Below are positions 17,827-29,722 of a stretch of 32,000 nt of DNA, in pieces (position 1 is the stretch's first letter; every line of letters starts with the position of its first letter). The notes beneath the pieces are model-generated. The model was not told the DNA's origin and made no database searches. It worked only from the letters and a program-made list of their open reading frames with translations. The position numbers and the translations under genes are program-made. The DNA comes from Desulfobulbus propionicus DSM 2032. GTDB taxonomy: Bacteria > Desulfobacterota > Desulfobulbia > Desulfobulbales > Desulfobulbaceae. Location of the stretch: positions 2,550,001 to 2,582,000 of the forward strand of contig NC_014972.1 in assembly GCF_000186885.1 (NCBI RefSeq), given 5' to 3'.

Positions 17827-18889
17827 AGTCGACGTTATTGGCCGCAATGCGGCTGAAGTGAGGTTCGACCTGGAGAAAGGCCTCAATCAAGATCGGGTCG
17901 AAGTGAGTGCCTTTCCCCTCGATCATGATCCGCATGGCCTCGTCATGGGTCATGGAATTCTTGTACACCCGTTTGGAAATCAGGGCATCGTAGACATCGG
18001 CAATGGCCATGATCCGGCCGGCCAGAGGGATAGCCTCGCCGGCGAGTCCGCGCGGATAGCCGCTGCCGTCATACTTTTCATGGTGACTGCCGGCGATCTC
18101 CTTGGCGCAGCTAAGAAAGGAGGTCGGCTGGCCGGCCATCTGCTCCAGATTGGCTATGACCTCCTCGCCGAACAAGGTGTGCATCTTCATCTCTTCAAAC
18201 TCTTCCGGCGTGAGCTTGCCCGGTTTGAGCAGAATCGAATCACGGATGGCCACCTTGCCGATATCGTGCAACGGAGCGGATTTCCACAACAGAACATTGT
18301 ATTCGGGGGTGAGTTGATCACAAAAATGGCCACGATTGACCAAGGTATCGGCCAACAGCTGCACATAGGCGCGGGTCCGATGGATATGGCTGCCGGTTTC
18401 CGGGTCGCGATACTCAGCCAGTTCGCCCATGGCCTCGATGATCACATCCTTGAGCAGTTCGGCCTCCTGGGTCCGCTCTTCCACCAACCGTTCGAGATTG
18501 CTGCGGTAGGCATGCAGTTCCAGATGGTTGCGTACCCGGGAACGGAGTTCCACTCCCTTGAAAGGTTTGGTGATGTAATCGACACCGCCAAGATTGAACC
18601 CCTGGACCACGTCCTCGGATTCGGCCCGAGCAGTCAGAAAGATCACCGGAATGGATCGGGTCGCCGTGTTCTGATTGAGCATCTCCACGGTCTTGAAGCC
18701 GCTCATGCCCGGCATCATCACATCCATCAGGATCAATTCCGGCTGGGTGGCGGCGATCCGTTCCAGGGCCTGCTCGCCCGATGTGGCGTAGGCAAAGTCG
18801 CAGTTGAGTTCCTTCAGATGGGACATGGCGATCTGAATGTTCTCCGGGACATCGTCGACGATGAAGATGAGAGGCTTTTTTCGGTTCAT
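17825..18889 (-). CDS. Response regulator with HD-GYP domain (predicted c-di-GMP phosphodiesterase)
   Basis: Receiver [21 protein letters not shown] ... [17 protein letters not shown] ... YITKPF; HD-GYP motifs [49 protein letters not shown]. Confidence 0.93.
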   Translation of the reverse strand: MNRKKPLIFIVDDVPENIQIAMSHLKELNCDFAYATSGEQALERIAATQPELILMDVMMPGMSGFKTVEMLNQNTATRSIPVIFLTARAESEDVVQGFNLGGVDYITKPFKGVELRSRVRNHLELHAYRSNLERLVEERTQEAELLKDVIIEAMGELAEYRDPETGSHIHRTRAYVQLLADTLVNRGHFCDQLTPEYNVLLWKSAPLHDIGKVAIRDSILLKPGKLTPEEFEEMKMHTLFGEEVIANLEQMAGQPTSFLSCAKEIAGSHHEKYDGSGYPRGLAGEAIPLAGRIMAIADVYDALISKRVYKNSMTHDEAMRIMIEGKGTHFDPILIEAFLQVEPHFSRIAANNVD

Positions 18890-20892
18890 GAGGTCTTGCC
18901 GTTCACAATCCTGGACAATTTGGCAAGCAGACGATCAACCCCCAGGATATTGGGTTCATTGGCAAACTGCTGCAAGTCCCTGCCCAGCGCGATCAGCATG
19001 GGTTGTCGCGCCGTTTCGCCCTGCCGCTGAAGGGCCTCGCCCAGGGTGGCGGCATCGACCAGGCTGCCGGATCGAACGGCCTGATGGCGCAACCGTTCCA
19101 GGTCGTCGCTCCACTGCTCGGTCATGCTGGCAAGAAAGGCCTGCTCGTCGGCATCATGGCTGTCCGTCTCCAGAGAGGCATCGGCACGTTCCCCCGGCTG
19201 GGCGTAGCGGGCGACGATTTCCTTCAAGGCGTCCAGGCGGAAGGGCTTTTGCAGAAAATCATCGAACAGCGGTTTGTACTCGTCTTCTTCCAGCATCTCA
19301 CCGGTCATGACCACGATCGGGACAGCGCTGGTTTGGGCATGTTGGCGTAACTGTTCGGTGATGCTCCGACCGTCCATTCCGTTGAGGTTGAGATCCATGA
19401 AAATCATTCCCGGATGCTCGGACCGGGCGAGCGCCAACGCCTCTTCACCGTTGGTGGCCGTGACCACGTTGTAGGGAGAGTCCTGAAAGAAATCGATGAA
19501 TACATCCTTGATCAGATCGACGTCATCGACCACCAGGATGGTGGTTTTTTGTTGGTCGGCTCGGGGGGTTCGTTCACAAACCTGCTGCTCGACCGGCCCA
19601 TGTTCGGCCAGGGGAATAGCGCCCAGCGACACGGTGAAACGCGCGCCCTCCCCCTCCTTGCTCAACAGGTCAATCCGGCCGCCCATCATGGTCACCAACC
19701 GGCTGCACAGGGTCAGACCCAGGCCCACGCCGCCATACCGCTTGGCAATGGTATCTTCCCGTTGACGGAACAATTCAAAGATCTTTTGCTGATCTGCCGC
19801 CGGGATGCCTATGCCGCTATCCTGGATCGTGAACGACAGATCGTAACAACCGGCTTGCGCCTTCGATGCCGACCCGTCGACCGTCAGTTCCACCTGTCCT
19901 TCTGAGGTGAATTTGATCGCATTGCTGATCAGATTCTGCAGCACTTGTTTCAACCGCGTTCCATCTAAAATAAAATTCTGCGGGACATGGCCGGCAATCC
20001 GACTGATGAGCACAATTCCCTTTTCCTCGGCCTGATCCTTGAACAGACTTTCGACTTCCCGAATCAGGGTGGGGAGGCGAATCGAACTGGTCATGATCTG
20101 CAACCGACCGGAATCGATCTTGGACAGCTCCATGATATCGTTGAAAATAGCAACCAGCGCCATGCTGCTCTTGTGGATGATGGCGACAAAACGCTTTTCC
20201 TTTGGCCCCAGCAGCGTCGAATTGGCCAGCATCTCGGTATAGCCGATGATGGCGTTCATCGGCGTGCGTACCTCGTGGTTGATGTTGGCAATGAATTCGC
20301 TCTTCATCCGGTTGGCCGATTCCTCCGCCTGCGACAGGGCAACGGCCACATCTCCCGGTTGCATTCGGAGCGTCGGAGGCTGTCCATACCACAGGCCAAA
20401 TTGCTGATCGGCGAGGGAAACAAGCGTGAGCGTGCCGCCAAAATTGGCGGAATTGACGTGCGGTTCGCAACGGCCTGTTTCCTCTGAGGCAAGCACGACC
20501 CGCTCGGACGATTGGAGGGCGGCGACCAGCGGATGGTTTGCCAGCTGCGGTTCCAGGTCCAGCAGACTGCAACCGATCAACGGTTCCCGGTCGTAGGTGT
20601 CAAGGGCACATTCGTTCGTTTCGACTATGTGCAACTCCTGGTCGATGCGCACAATGGGCACGGGGGCCTGCTCAATGATCCGGCGCGCGAACCGCAGTTG
20701 GTCAAGTGCGGCCTTTTTTTCATTGTCGCCGCGACGCCACTGCCGCCAGAGCCACCCGGCGGCAATCGAAACAAGCAAGACAACAAACAGGGGCACGACG
20801 GCTGCGGAAGAGAGGGGACTATTTTGGGCCGCGAGAACGGCACGCGGCGCAAGACAAGCAACACAACCAATGACCAACAGGCATTTCTTCAC
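18886..20892 (-). CDS. Membrane-bound hybrid histidine kinase (TM-PAS-like-HisKA-HATPase-REC-C-terminal helical extension)
   Basis: EFIANINHEVRTPMNAIIGYTEML (H box), NLISNAIKFTSEG (N box), DSGIGIP, GGVGLGLTL, REC ILVVDDVDLIKDVF ... MIFMDLNLNGMDG ... FLQKPFR. GTG start. Confidence 0.92.
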   Translation of the reverse strand: MKKCLLVIGCVACLAPRAVLAAQNSPLSSAAVVPLFVVLLVSIAAGWLWRQWRRGDNEKKAALDQLRFARRIIEQAPVPIVRIDQELHIVETNECALDTYDREPLIGCSLLDLEPQLANHPLVAALQSSERVVLASEETGRCEPHVNSANFGGTLTLVSLADQQFGLWYGQPPTLRMQPGDVAVALSQAEESANRMKSEFIANINHEVRTPMNAIIGYTEMLANSTLLGPKEKRFVAIIHKSSMALVAIFNDIMELSKIDSGRLQIMTSSIRLPTLIREVESLFKDQAEEKGIVLISRIAGHVPQNFILDGTRLKQVLQNLISNAIKFTSEGQVELTVDGSASKAQAGCYDLSFTIQDSGIGIPAADQQKIFELFRQREDTIAKRYGGVGLGLTLCSRLVTMMGGRIDLLSKEGEGARFTVSLGAIPLAEHGPVEQQVCERTPRADQQKTTILVVDDVDLIKDVFIDFFQDSPYNVVTATNGEEALALARSEHPGMIFMDLNLNGMDGRSITEQLRQHAQTSAVPIVVMTGEMLEEDEYKPLFDDFLQKPFRLDALKEIVARYAQPGERADASLETDSHDADEQAFLASMTEQWSDDLERLRHQAVRSGSLVDAATLGEALQRQGETARQPMLIALGRDLQQFANEPNILGVDRLLAKLSRIVNGKTS

Positions 20893-20934
20893 AATGACGA
20901 CAATCCGTTTGCAAAAAAGGGAATAAGTTACGCT

Positions 20935-20963
20935 ATTATATAGTTGGGCGTGAGGGATGTCAA
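20935..20963 (-). promoter_or_regulatory. Consensus sigma70-type promoter for the hybrid kinase/HD-GYP pair
   Basis: Minus strand reads TTGACA-tccctcacgcccaacta(17)-TATAAT, with both hexamers perfect. Confidence 0.8.
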
Positions 20964-21049
20964 AAGCAGCCTATGCCGTTCCCTTTTTCGATACACCAAG
21001 AACTCTGCGCGATATTCGAGCGATCCTCTGGCATCGGGCAACACGCCCT

Positions 21050-22444
21050 TCACCCCTCGGCGCCGCCTGCCACGGTCAGCCCGGCGTGGTGGCGGGCTGC
21101 GGCAATGAAGCCTTCGACCCATTGGGGCGTGCCCGAGGCCATCACATGGGTGTAGAGGGCGAGCACATTGTTTTTCACCAGCCCGTCTCGGCCGCCGGCA
21201 AAACCGGTGCCGCGTTCCATGTTCAGCACCAGACTGTCGCTTTCCCCATCCCATTGATGTACCCGCGAATAGCGGAACTCATGCCCCTTGATCCGGGTGC
21301 CGACAGGGTAAAACCTGTTGTCCTTTTCCACTCTGAAGGTCGAATAGCCGTGGGCCTGGGGTTTGGCGGCCAAGGTGAAGGTCACGGGAAAGACGCCGGC
21401 CAACGGAAATTCGCGGCCATCGAGGATGATCGAACGGCCGAGAAAGATCAACCCGCCACATTCGGCATACACCGGCAGGCCGCCGTCGATCCTTTCGCGG
21501 ACCGATTGGCGAAAACTCGCGTTGTCGGCCAGCTGCTGGGCGCTGGTTTCGGGAAAACCGCCGCCGATGTACAGGCCATCGAGTTCCGGCGGCAGCGCCT
21601 TGGACTGCAGGGCGTCGATCATCACCAGCCGTGCCCCGGCCTGTTGCAGCGCCTCTAAATTTTCCTGGTAATAAAACTGAAAAGCGGCATCGCGGAGCAC
21701 ACCGATGGTCACCAGCGGTTGTGCCGGCGCCGCGACCTTGGGTGGCAGGGGCACCACTCCCCGCATCTGGGCGGCAATGGCGTCGAGATCGAAATGGGTT
21801 TCCGCCAAGGCGGCCAGATTGTCCACTGCCTCGGCCGCAGCCGCATATTCCTGGTGGGGCGTGACCCCAAGGTGACGCATGGGAAAGACATCCTGCTTGA
21901 GCCGGGGCATGATCCCCAGCACCGGCAGATCGGTATACTGTTCCATGGACTGGCGGATGATCGACTCGTGCCGGGAATTGGCGATCTGGTTGAGAATCAC
22001 CCCGGCAAAGCGGATACGCGGGTCAAAGGCTTGGCAGCCGAGCACCAGCGCGGCCACGGTACGGGTGGTCTTGGAACAGTTGACCACCAGCAGGACCGGC
22101 AGGTCGAGCAGTTGGGCCAGTTCGGCGGTGGAAAATTCACCTGCGGCGTTGACACCGTCAAAAATCCCCCGGTTCCCCTCGACCACCGCATAGGCGCTGC
22201 CGTGGAGGTGCCGCTGGAAGGTGGAGACAATGGCTTCCGGCGACATCAGATAAGGGTCGAGGTTATAGCAGGGCTGACCAGCAGCCTTGCTCATCCAGCC
22301 GGCATCGATGTAATCCGGCCCCTTCTTGAACGCGGCCACGCCTTTGCCCCGATTGCGCAGGGCGGCGATCAGGGCCACCGAAACCACCGATTTTCCCGAA
22401 CCGCCGCTGAGCCCCGCCAGCACCACACTTTTTACTTTGTCCAA
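21050..22444 (-). CDS. cbiA: Cobyrinate a,c-diamide synthase (CbiA/CobB family)
   Basis: VVLAGLSGGSGKSVVSVALIAALRNRGKGVAAFKKGPDYIDAGW; YAVVEGNRGIFDG; glutaminase LPVYAECGGLIFLG. Confidence 0.9.
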   Translation of the reverse strand: MDKVKSVVLAGLSGGSGKSVVSVALIAALRNRGKGVAAFKKGPDYIDAGWMSKAAGQPCYNLDPYLMSPEAIVSTFQRHLHGSAYAVVEGNRGIFDGVNAAGEFSTAELAQLLDLPVLLVVNCSKTTRTVAALVLGCQAFDPRIRFAGVILNQIANSRHESIIRQSMEQYTDLPVLGIMPRLKQDVFPMRHLGVTPHQEYAAAAEAVDNLAALAETHFDLDAIAAQMRGVVPLPPKVAAPAQPLVTIGVLRDAAFQFYYQENLEALQQAGARLVMIDALQSKALPPELDGLYIGGGFPETSAQQLADNASFRQSVRERIDGGLPVYAECGGLIFLGRSIILDGREFPLAGVFPVTFTLAAKPQAHGYSTFRVEKDNRFYPVGTRIKGHEFRYSRVHQWDGESDSLVLNMERGTGFAGGRDGLVKNNVLALYTHVMASGTPQWVEGFIAAARHHAGLTVAGGAEG

Positions 22445-22526
22445 ACCGTTGTTTCCTTCTCTGCCGCGTTTAGTGCGTTACATATTGAAAAATAATAATC
22501 CGGGCGCATTCGTGCATCCATGGTGC

Positions 22527-23217
22527 TCACGCCCCGGTCCCGCTCCGTTGAGCATCCGCGTCATGCGCCGGCAGGCCGATTTCATTCCAGGCCGCCTCGT
22601 ACAACCGGTTGAGGCGTTGCTCCAGTTCCAGTCGGTACCATTCGATCTGCTCCGGGGTCACCGCCGGCGGCACCGTCAAGGGTTCTCCATGGCGGACGAC
22701 AATGGTGGCAAAGGGCAGCGGTACCAGGGTTCGGTCCCAGCTCTTGAAGCGGAGAAACCGATTACAGGCCCAAGCAAGGGGAAAGATCGGCTTGCCCGAT
22801 TTGCTGGCCATGAGAATCACCCCTGCCTGCGCCCGCCGGGCCGGCCCCTGGGAGCCGTCGGCGACAATGGCGCTGTTCTTGCCGTGCCGCAAGTGATCGA
22901 TCATCTCCCGCAAGGCCTTGACCCCGCCCCGGTTGGAAGAGCCGCGCACCGCTACATGGCCCATCAGCTGGGCCAAACGGGCGATATACTCGCCGTCTTT
23001 GGAAGCACTGACCATGATCGCCGAGGGATAGCGGCGCAGATAAATAAACAGATAGAGAAAGGAGTAGTGCCAGAAGGCGGCAATACCGGTGTCACGCGCG
23101 GCATAGTCACGAAAGGTTGCCCCGTCCCGCACCTTGACCCGGCACGTGGCGCACCACAGCCGCAACAGCCCCAGCACCAGCGGCGGAGCCACAACCAATG
23201 AACATCTGTACCAAAAA

Positions 23218-23225
<8 letters not shown>
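22527..23225 (-). CDS. Lysophospholipid acyltransferase family protein (DUF374-like)
   Basis: [56 protein letters not shown] ... [54 protein letters not shown]. Putative TTG start inside the uvrB end. Confidence 0.85.
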
Positions 23226-25254
<2,029 letters not shown>

Positions 25255-25291
25255 GGTTATATGACGCTTTAATCTCGTTGAATTTTAGACA

Positions 25292-25669
25292 TCATTCAAC
25301 GATCTGATTTTTTCTTGTGACAAAAGTGCGCTGTAGCTTTTTCTTGAGGTATTCAAGGTATTCCATTCCTTCGCTTGTCAATTCCCAAATACCTCTTCCT
25401 GATTGTTCAGCTGATTTGACATAACCATGGTGTTGTTTGGCTCTTTCTTTTGCCCATGCAACATCATGTTTCCATCGCGGTACGTTGTTTGCTACTTTTT
25501 CATGATATACAGGATCAGAGAATTCTTTTTTTAGCAGTTCGTACATTTTGCCATCGACTTCGGATTTCAACACTTTATTCCCCATTGATCCAATTGCCAG
25601 TATAAGTATAGGGATCAAGTCATCTTGAGATAAATTTTTCCCTTTTAACAATTTCCTGACAAGATCCAT
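25292..25669 (-). CDS. Small protein resembling a stand-alone Mrr N-terminal-type winged-helix domain
   Basis: VPRWKHDVAWAKERAKQHHGYVKSAEQSGRGIWELTSEGMEYLEYL resembles the Mrr_N pattern (R..WA...LK..G......RG.W.LT..G). Start ATG with GAGG upstream. Region visibly AT-rich relative to its neighbours. Confidence 0.6.
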   Translation of the reverse strand: MDLVRKLLKGKNLSQDDLIPILILAIGSMGNKVLKSEVDGKMYELLKKEFSDPVYHEKVANNVPRWKHDVAWAKERAKQHHGYVKSAEQSGRGIWELTSEGMEYLEYLKKKLQRTFVTRKNQIVE

Positions 25670-25678
25670 GCCCTGCCC

Positions 25679-27559
25679 TCAGAATTCCATGTGAAAGCTG
25701 TAGACACCCTCTTCCAGCTGACTGGTGACCTTGAGGCCGGAATGGTTGAACACGTTCTGCATCCGCTCGTTTTCCCGCAGGACCTCGGCGGTGAAGCCGG
25801 CAATGCCGTTGCGTTTGGCGATCTTGATCAGGTGCTGGAAGAGGAAGGTACCCAGTCCCTTGTTCTGCCAGCCATCGCGGACCACGAAGGCCACCTCGGC
25901 CAGGTTGGTCTTTTCATTGAGGTAGTAGGTGCCGACCGCGATGATCTGTTCGCCATGCGCCTCGGGCACAGTGCCCACCACGGCCACGTCGCGGCGGTGG
26001 TCGATATAGACGAAATCCTGGATCTGGCGCGGGGTGAAGCGCTGCTGCCGGCTCATGAAGCGGTAATAGATGGTCTCCTGGCTGAGGTTGTAGATCAGGT
26101 CGCGCATGTGGGGCTCGTCGGTGGGCTTGATCGAACGGAAATCGATCTCGGTGCCGTCCTCCATGAGGAAGGTGGCGCGGATCGATTCCTCCACCGGAAT
26201 CATGAACCGATTGCCGAAACGGGCCAGGTCGGGCCGCAGGTACTTGGCCGCCACCGCCTCGCGGAACAGCTGCTCGCGGAAATCCGGATGGGCAATCGAA
26301 ATCAGGGCCATGACCCGCTCGGCGATCGACTTGCCGTGCAGATAGGCCACGCCGTATTCGGTGACCACGTAGTGGACGCTGGCCCGGTTGATGACCACCC
26401 CCGAACCGGGTTGCAGGGTGCAGACGATGCGCGAGGCATCGCCCTCCCTGTTCAACGACGGCAGGGTGATGATCGCCCGGCCGCTCTCCGCCTTGGCCGC
26501 GCCGCGATTGAAGTCGATCTGGCCGCCGATGCCCGAATAAAAGCGGCCGCCCACCGAATCCGAGCAGACCTGGCCGGTGAGGTCGATCTCCAGGGCCATG
26601 TTGACCGCCACCATCCGCTTGTGCTTGCCGATGACGTTGGCGTCGTTGATGTATTCGGTGGGCCGGAAGCTGAACAGCGGGTTGTCGTGGATGTAGTCGT
26701 AAAGCTTCTTGGTGCCCATGCAGAAACTGGCGGTGATCTTGCCCTTGTCGATGGTCTTCATCGCCCCTGTCACGGCCCCGGATTCGATCAGGGGGATGAT
26801 GGTGTCGGAGATCATCTCGGTGTGGAAGCCGATATCCTTGCGATCATGCAGAAATTCCATCACCACCTGGGGAATGCGGCCATAGCCCGGAACCCGACCG
26901 AGCCCCAATTCGATGGTCGAGCCGTTAGGAATCAGGGCAGCGGCGGTCTGGGCGATCTTGCGGCTGATCGGGTTGGGCGGATCAATGGCCCGCTCCAGGA
27001 TCGGCCGGTCCACCGGCACCAGGATATCGAGATCAAAGACATCGACCAGGGTATCGCCGTGAGTCCAGGGCATGTTGGGGTTGACCTCGGCGATCACCAG
27101 CGAGGCGTTCTCGGTGGCGCTGCGGACGATGTCCACCGAAATGCCCAGGCTGACCCGGCCACGGGTGTCGGGCGGGGTCACCTGGATCAGGGCCACGTCG
27201 ATGGGCAGGCTGCCGGAGTCGAACAGCTTGGGTACGTCGGAGAGCAGGATCGGGGTGTAGTCGCCAAATCCTTCCTGGATGACGTCGCGGATGTTGGAGC
27301 TGATGAAAAAGGCGTTGATGGCGAAACTGTCGGCCATCTTCTTGTCGGCGTAGGGGGCGTCGCCCTTGGTGATCAGCTGGATGATCTCGACGTTGGTCAG
27401 CGAGCGGGCCCGCTGGGTCATGGCCGCGATCAGCTCCTGGGGCGCGCCGCAGCCGGTGCCGATGAACACCCGCTGGCCGGCCTTGAGGTGGCTGAGGGAC
27501 TGGGCCGGGGTGGCGATCATGTCACTGTATTTTTCCTGCCAGTTGTGTTCGTATTCCAT
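25679..27559 (-). CDS. Acetyl-CoA hydrolase/transferase family protein fused to C-terminal GNAT (Pat-type) acetyltransferase
   Basis: GTGCGAPQELIAAM ... SDSVGGRFYSGIGGQIDFNRGAAKAESGRAIITLPS ... VVTEYGVAYLHGKSIAER; C-terminal FRSIKPTDEPHMRDLIYNLSQETIYYRFMSRQQRFTPRQIQDFVYIDHRRDVAVVG ... DGWQNKGLGTFLFQHLIKIAKRNG. Confidence 0.92.
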   Translation of the reverse strand: MEYEHNWQEKYSDMIATPAQSLSHLKAGQRVFIGTGCGAPQELIAAMTQRARSLTNVEIIQLITKGDAPYADKKMADSFAINAFFISSNIRDVIQEGFGDYTPILLSDVPKLFDSGSLPIDVALIQVTPPDTRGRVSLGISVDIVRSATENASLVIAEVNPNMPWTHGDTLVDVFDLDILVPVDRPILERAIDPPNPISRKIAQTAAALIPNGSTIELGLGRVPGYGRIPQVVMEFLHDRKDIGFHTEMISDTIIPLIESGAVTGAMKTIDKGKITASFCMGTKKLYDYIHDNPLFSFRPTEYINDANVIGKHKRMVAVNMALEIDLTGQVCSDSVGGRFYSGIGGQIDFNRGAAKAESGRAIITLPSLNREGDASRIVCTLQPGSGVVINRASVHYVVTEYGVAYLHGKSIAERVMALISIAHPDFREQLFREAVAAKYLRPDLARFGNRFMIPVEESIRATFLMEDGTEIDFRSIKPTDEPHMRDLIYNLSQETIYYRFMSRQQRFTPRQIQDFVYIDHRRDVAVVGTVPEAHGEQIIAVGTYYLNEKTNLAEVAFVVRDGWQNKGLGTFLFQHLIKIAKRNGIAGFTAEVLRENERMQNVFNHSGLKVTSQLEEGVYSFHMEF

Positions 27560-27601
27560 GGCAAACCCCTTGCGTGGGTGAAAATGGCGCGGCGGGCCGG
27601 G

Positions 27602-29722
27602 TTAGAGACCGGCCAACGGCCGGGCAAAGGTCATACGGGCGTCGGCCACCACCGGTTCGTTGCCGATCTCGCCGACAATCAGGGGATTGATGTCCAGTTC
27701 GACGATCTGGGGAAAATCGGTGGTCAGCTGGCTGATCCGTTGCAGAGACACGGCAATGGCGCTGATGTCCACCTCCTTGAGGCCGCGCTTGCCCTCGAGC
27801 AGCTCGTAGGAGCGGGTCGACTTGAGCATCTGGATGGCCTCGTTCTCGGTGATCGGCGCCAGGTGGAAGGTGACATCCTTCATCACCTCGACGAAGATGC
27901 CGCCCAGACCGAACATCAGCATCGGCCCGAACTGGGGGTCGCGGGTCATACCGATGATCACCTCCAGGCCCTTCTCGGCCATCTTCTCCACATAGACACC
28001 CTCGACAATGGCGTTGGGCGCGTGCTTGTTGATGCGCAGCATCATCAGGTCAAAGGCGTCGGCCACCTCCTGGCTGGAGCCGATGTTGAGCCGCACCCCG
28101 CCCAGATCCGACTTGTGGACGATACTGGGCGAGACGATCTTCATCGCCACCGGAAAGCCGATGAAACGGGCTATCTCCACCGCCTCCTCGAGGCTGGTGG
28201 TCAACCGGCCCTCCATGATGCGGAAGCCGTAGGCCTTGAGAATGTCCTTGGACTTGACCTCGCCCAGCCGGAGCCGGCCGGTGCGCTGGCGGCGGGTGAT
28301 GATCCGCTCCACCCGGCGGCGGTTAACCGGGAAACGGACCACATGGCGAGCCGGCCGTCGTTTCCATTCGCCATACTCGTGCATGGCCTTGAGCGCACCC
28401 ACGGCCCGTTCGGGCGAGTCGTAGAAGGGCAGTCCGGCCGCGGCCAGTTCCTTGCGCGAAGGCATGACGTCCGACCCGCCGAGGAAGGAGGCGAGCACCG
28501 GGGTGGTTTCGTCCATGTGGGCGACAATGGCCCTGACCGTGGCCGCCGGCTGAGTCATGTACTGGGGCGCCAGCACCACCAGGATGGCGTCGATGGAGTC
28601 GTCGGCCACGGCGCTGTCGATGGCGGCGGCATAGTGGCGCGGTTCGGCGTCGGCAGAGATGTCGATCGGGTTGTCGATGAAGGCGGCCGGCGGCAGCTCC
28701 GCCCGCAACCGTGCCACCAGCGAATCGCTCAGCCGGGTGACGCTCAGGCCGGATTTCTCCACCGCGTCGGCGGCCATGGTGCCGGAACCGCCCGAGTTGG
28801 TGATAACCAGCACCCGGTCACCCCGAGGCGTGGGCTGCAGGGCGAGCGCGGTGGCATAGTCGAACAGGGCCTCGAAACTGTCGGCCCGGCAGATGCCGGC
28901 CCGTTTGAAGGCCGCGCCGTAGGCGGTGTCCTTGCCGGCGAGCACGCCGGTGTGATTGGCCGCGGCCTTGGTGCCGGCCACGGTGGTGCCGGCCTTGAGG
29001 ATCACCACCGGTTTGCGGCTGCTGGCTTCCTGGGCTGCCTTGACGAACTTGTCGCCGTCGCTGATGTCTTCCAGATAACCGACAATGACCTTGGTTTCAT
29101 CGTCCTGGGCCAGGGCGGCGAGCACATCGACCTCGGTGATGTCCGCCTTGTTGCCGATGGAGATCGATTTCGACACCCCGAGCTCGCGCTCGTCGGCGAT
29201 GTCCATCATGGCGGTGCACAGGGCCCCGGATTGGGAGAAGATGGCCAGATGGCCGCGCTGGGGAATGCGTTTGGAAAAGGAAGCGTTCAGTTTGATGGCC
29301 GTGTTGATGATGCCCAAGCAGTTGGGGCCCAGGAGCCGCACCCCGCCCCTGCGGCAGATCTCGGTCAGCTCTTCCTCCAGCTTCCGCCCGTGGGGTCCGG
29401 TTTCCTTGAATCCCGAGGCCACCACCACGATGGCGCCGGCCTTTTTCTTGACCGCCTCGCGGGCAGCGGCCGGAACCATCTCCGCCGGGACCGCGATCAC
29501 CACCAAATCCACGGGGTGGGGATAGTCGGCGATGGTGGGGTAGACCTTGAGGCCAAACAGTTCGCCCCCGGCCGAGTTGACCGGCGCGATCGGGCCGGGA
29601 AAACCACTCTTGACCAGATTGCTCACCGTGTCGTAGCCGACCTTGCCCACGGTCTTGGAAGCGCCGATCACCGCGATCGACTCCGGGGAAAACAGTCTAT
29701 CGAGCATGGCCACCTCGTTCAT
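27602..29722 (-). CDS. NDP-forming acyl/acetyl-CoA synthetase (alpha+beta fusion)
   Basis: LFSPESIAVIGASKTVGKVGYDTVSNL ... LFSQSGALCTAMMD-type region (LAIFSQSGALCTAMM), AANHTGVLAGKDTAYGAAFKRAGI (conserved His), C-terminal ATP-grasp VAMKIVSPSIVHKSDLGGVRLNI. Confidence 0.93.
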   Translation of the reverse strand: MNEVAMLDRLFSPESIAVIGASKTVGKVGYDTVSNLVKSGFPGPIAPVNSAGGELFGLKVYPTIADYPHPVDLVVIAVPAEMVPAAAREAVKKKAGAIVVVASGFKETGPHGRKLEEELTEICRRGGVRLLGPNCLGIINTAIKLNASFSKRIPQRGHLAIFSQSGALCTAMMDIADERELGVSKSISIGNKADITEVDVLAALAQDDETKVIVGYLEDISDGDKFVKAAQEASSRKPVVILKAGTTVAGTKAAANHTGVLAGKDTAYGAAFKRAGICRADSFEALFDYATALALQPTPRGDRVLVITNSGGSGTMAADAVEKSGLSVTRLSDSLVARLRAELPPAAFIDNPIDISADAEPRHYAAAIDSAVADDSIDAILVVLAPQYMTQPAATVRAIVAHMDETTPVLASFLGGSDVMPSRKELAAAGLPFYDSPERAVGALKAMHEYGEWKRRPARHVVRFPVNRRRVERIITRRQRTGRLRLGEVKSKDILKAYGFRIMEGRLTTSLEEAVEIARFIGFPVAMKIVSPSIVHKSDLGGVRLNIGSSQEVADAFDLMMLRINKHAPNAIVEGVYVEKMAEKGLEVIIGMTRDPQFGPMLMFGLGGIFVEVMKDVTFHLAPITENEAIQMLKSTRSYELLEGKRGLKEVDISAIAVSLQRISQLTTDFPQIVELDINPLIVGEIGNEPVVADARMTFARPLAGL

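Noticed and set aside
20928-21254. 108-aa ORF and other short ORFs near the kinase/cbiA gap
   Set aside because: Overlaps the perfect promoter and the cbiA end, has no recognisable domain and poor initiation context.
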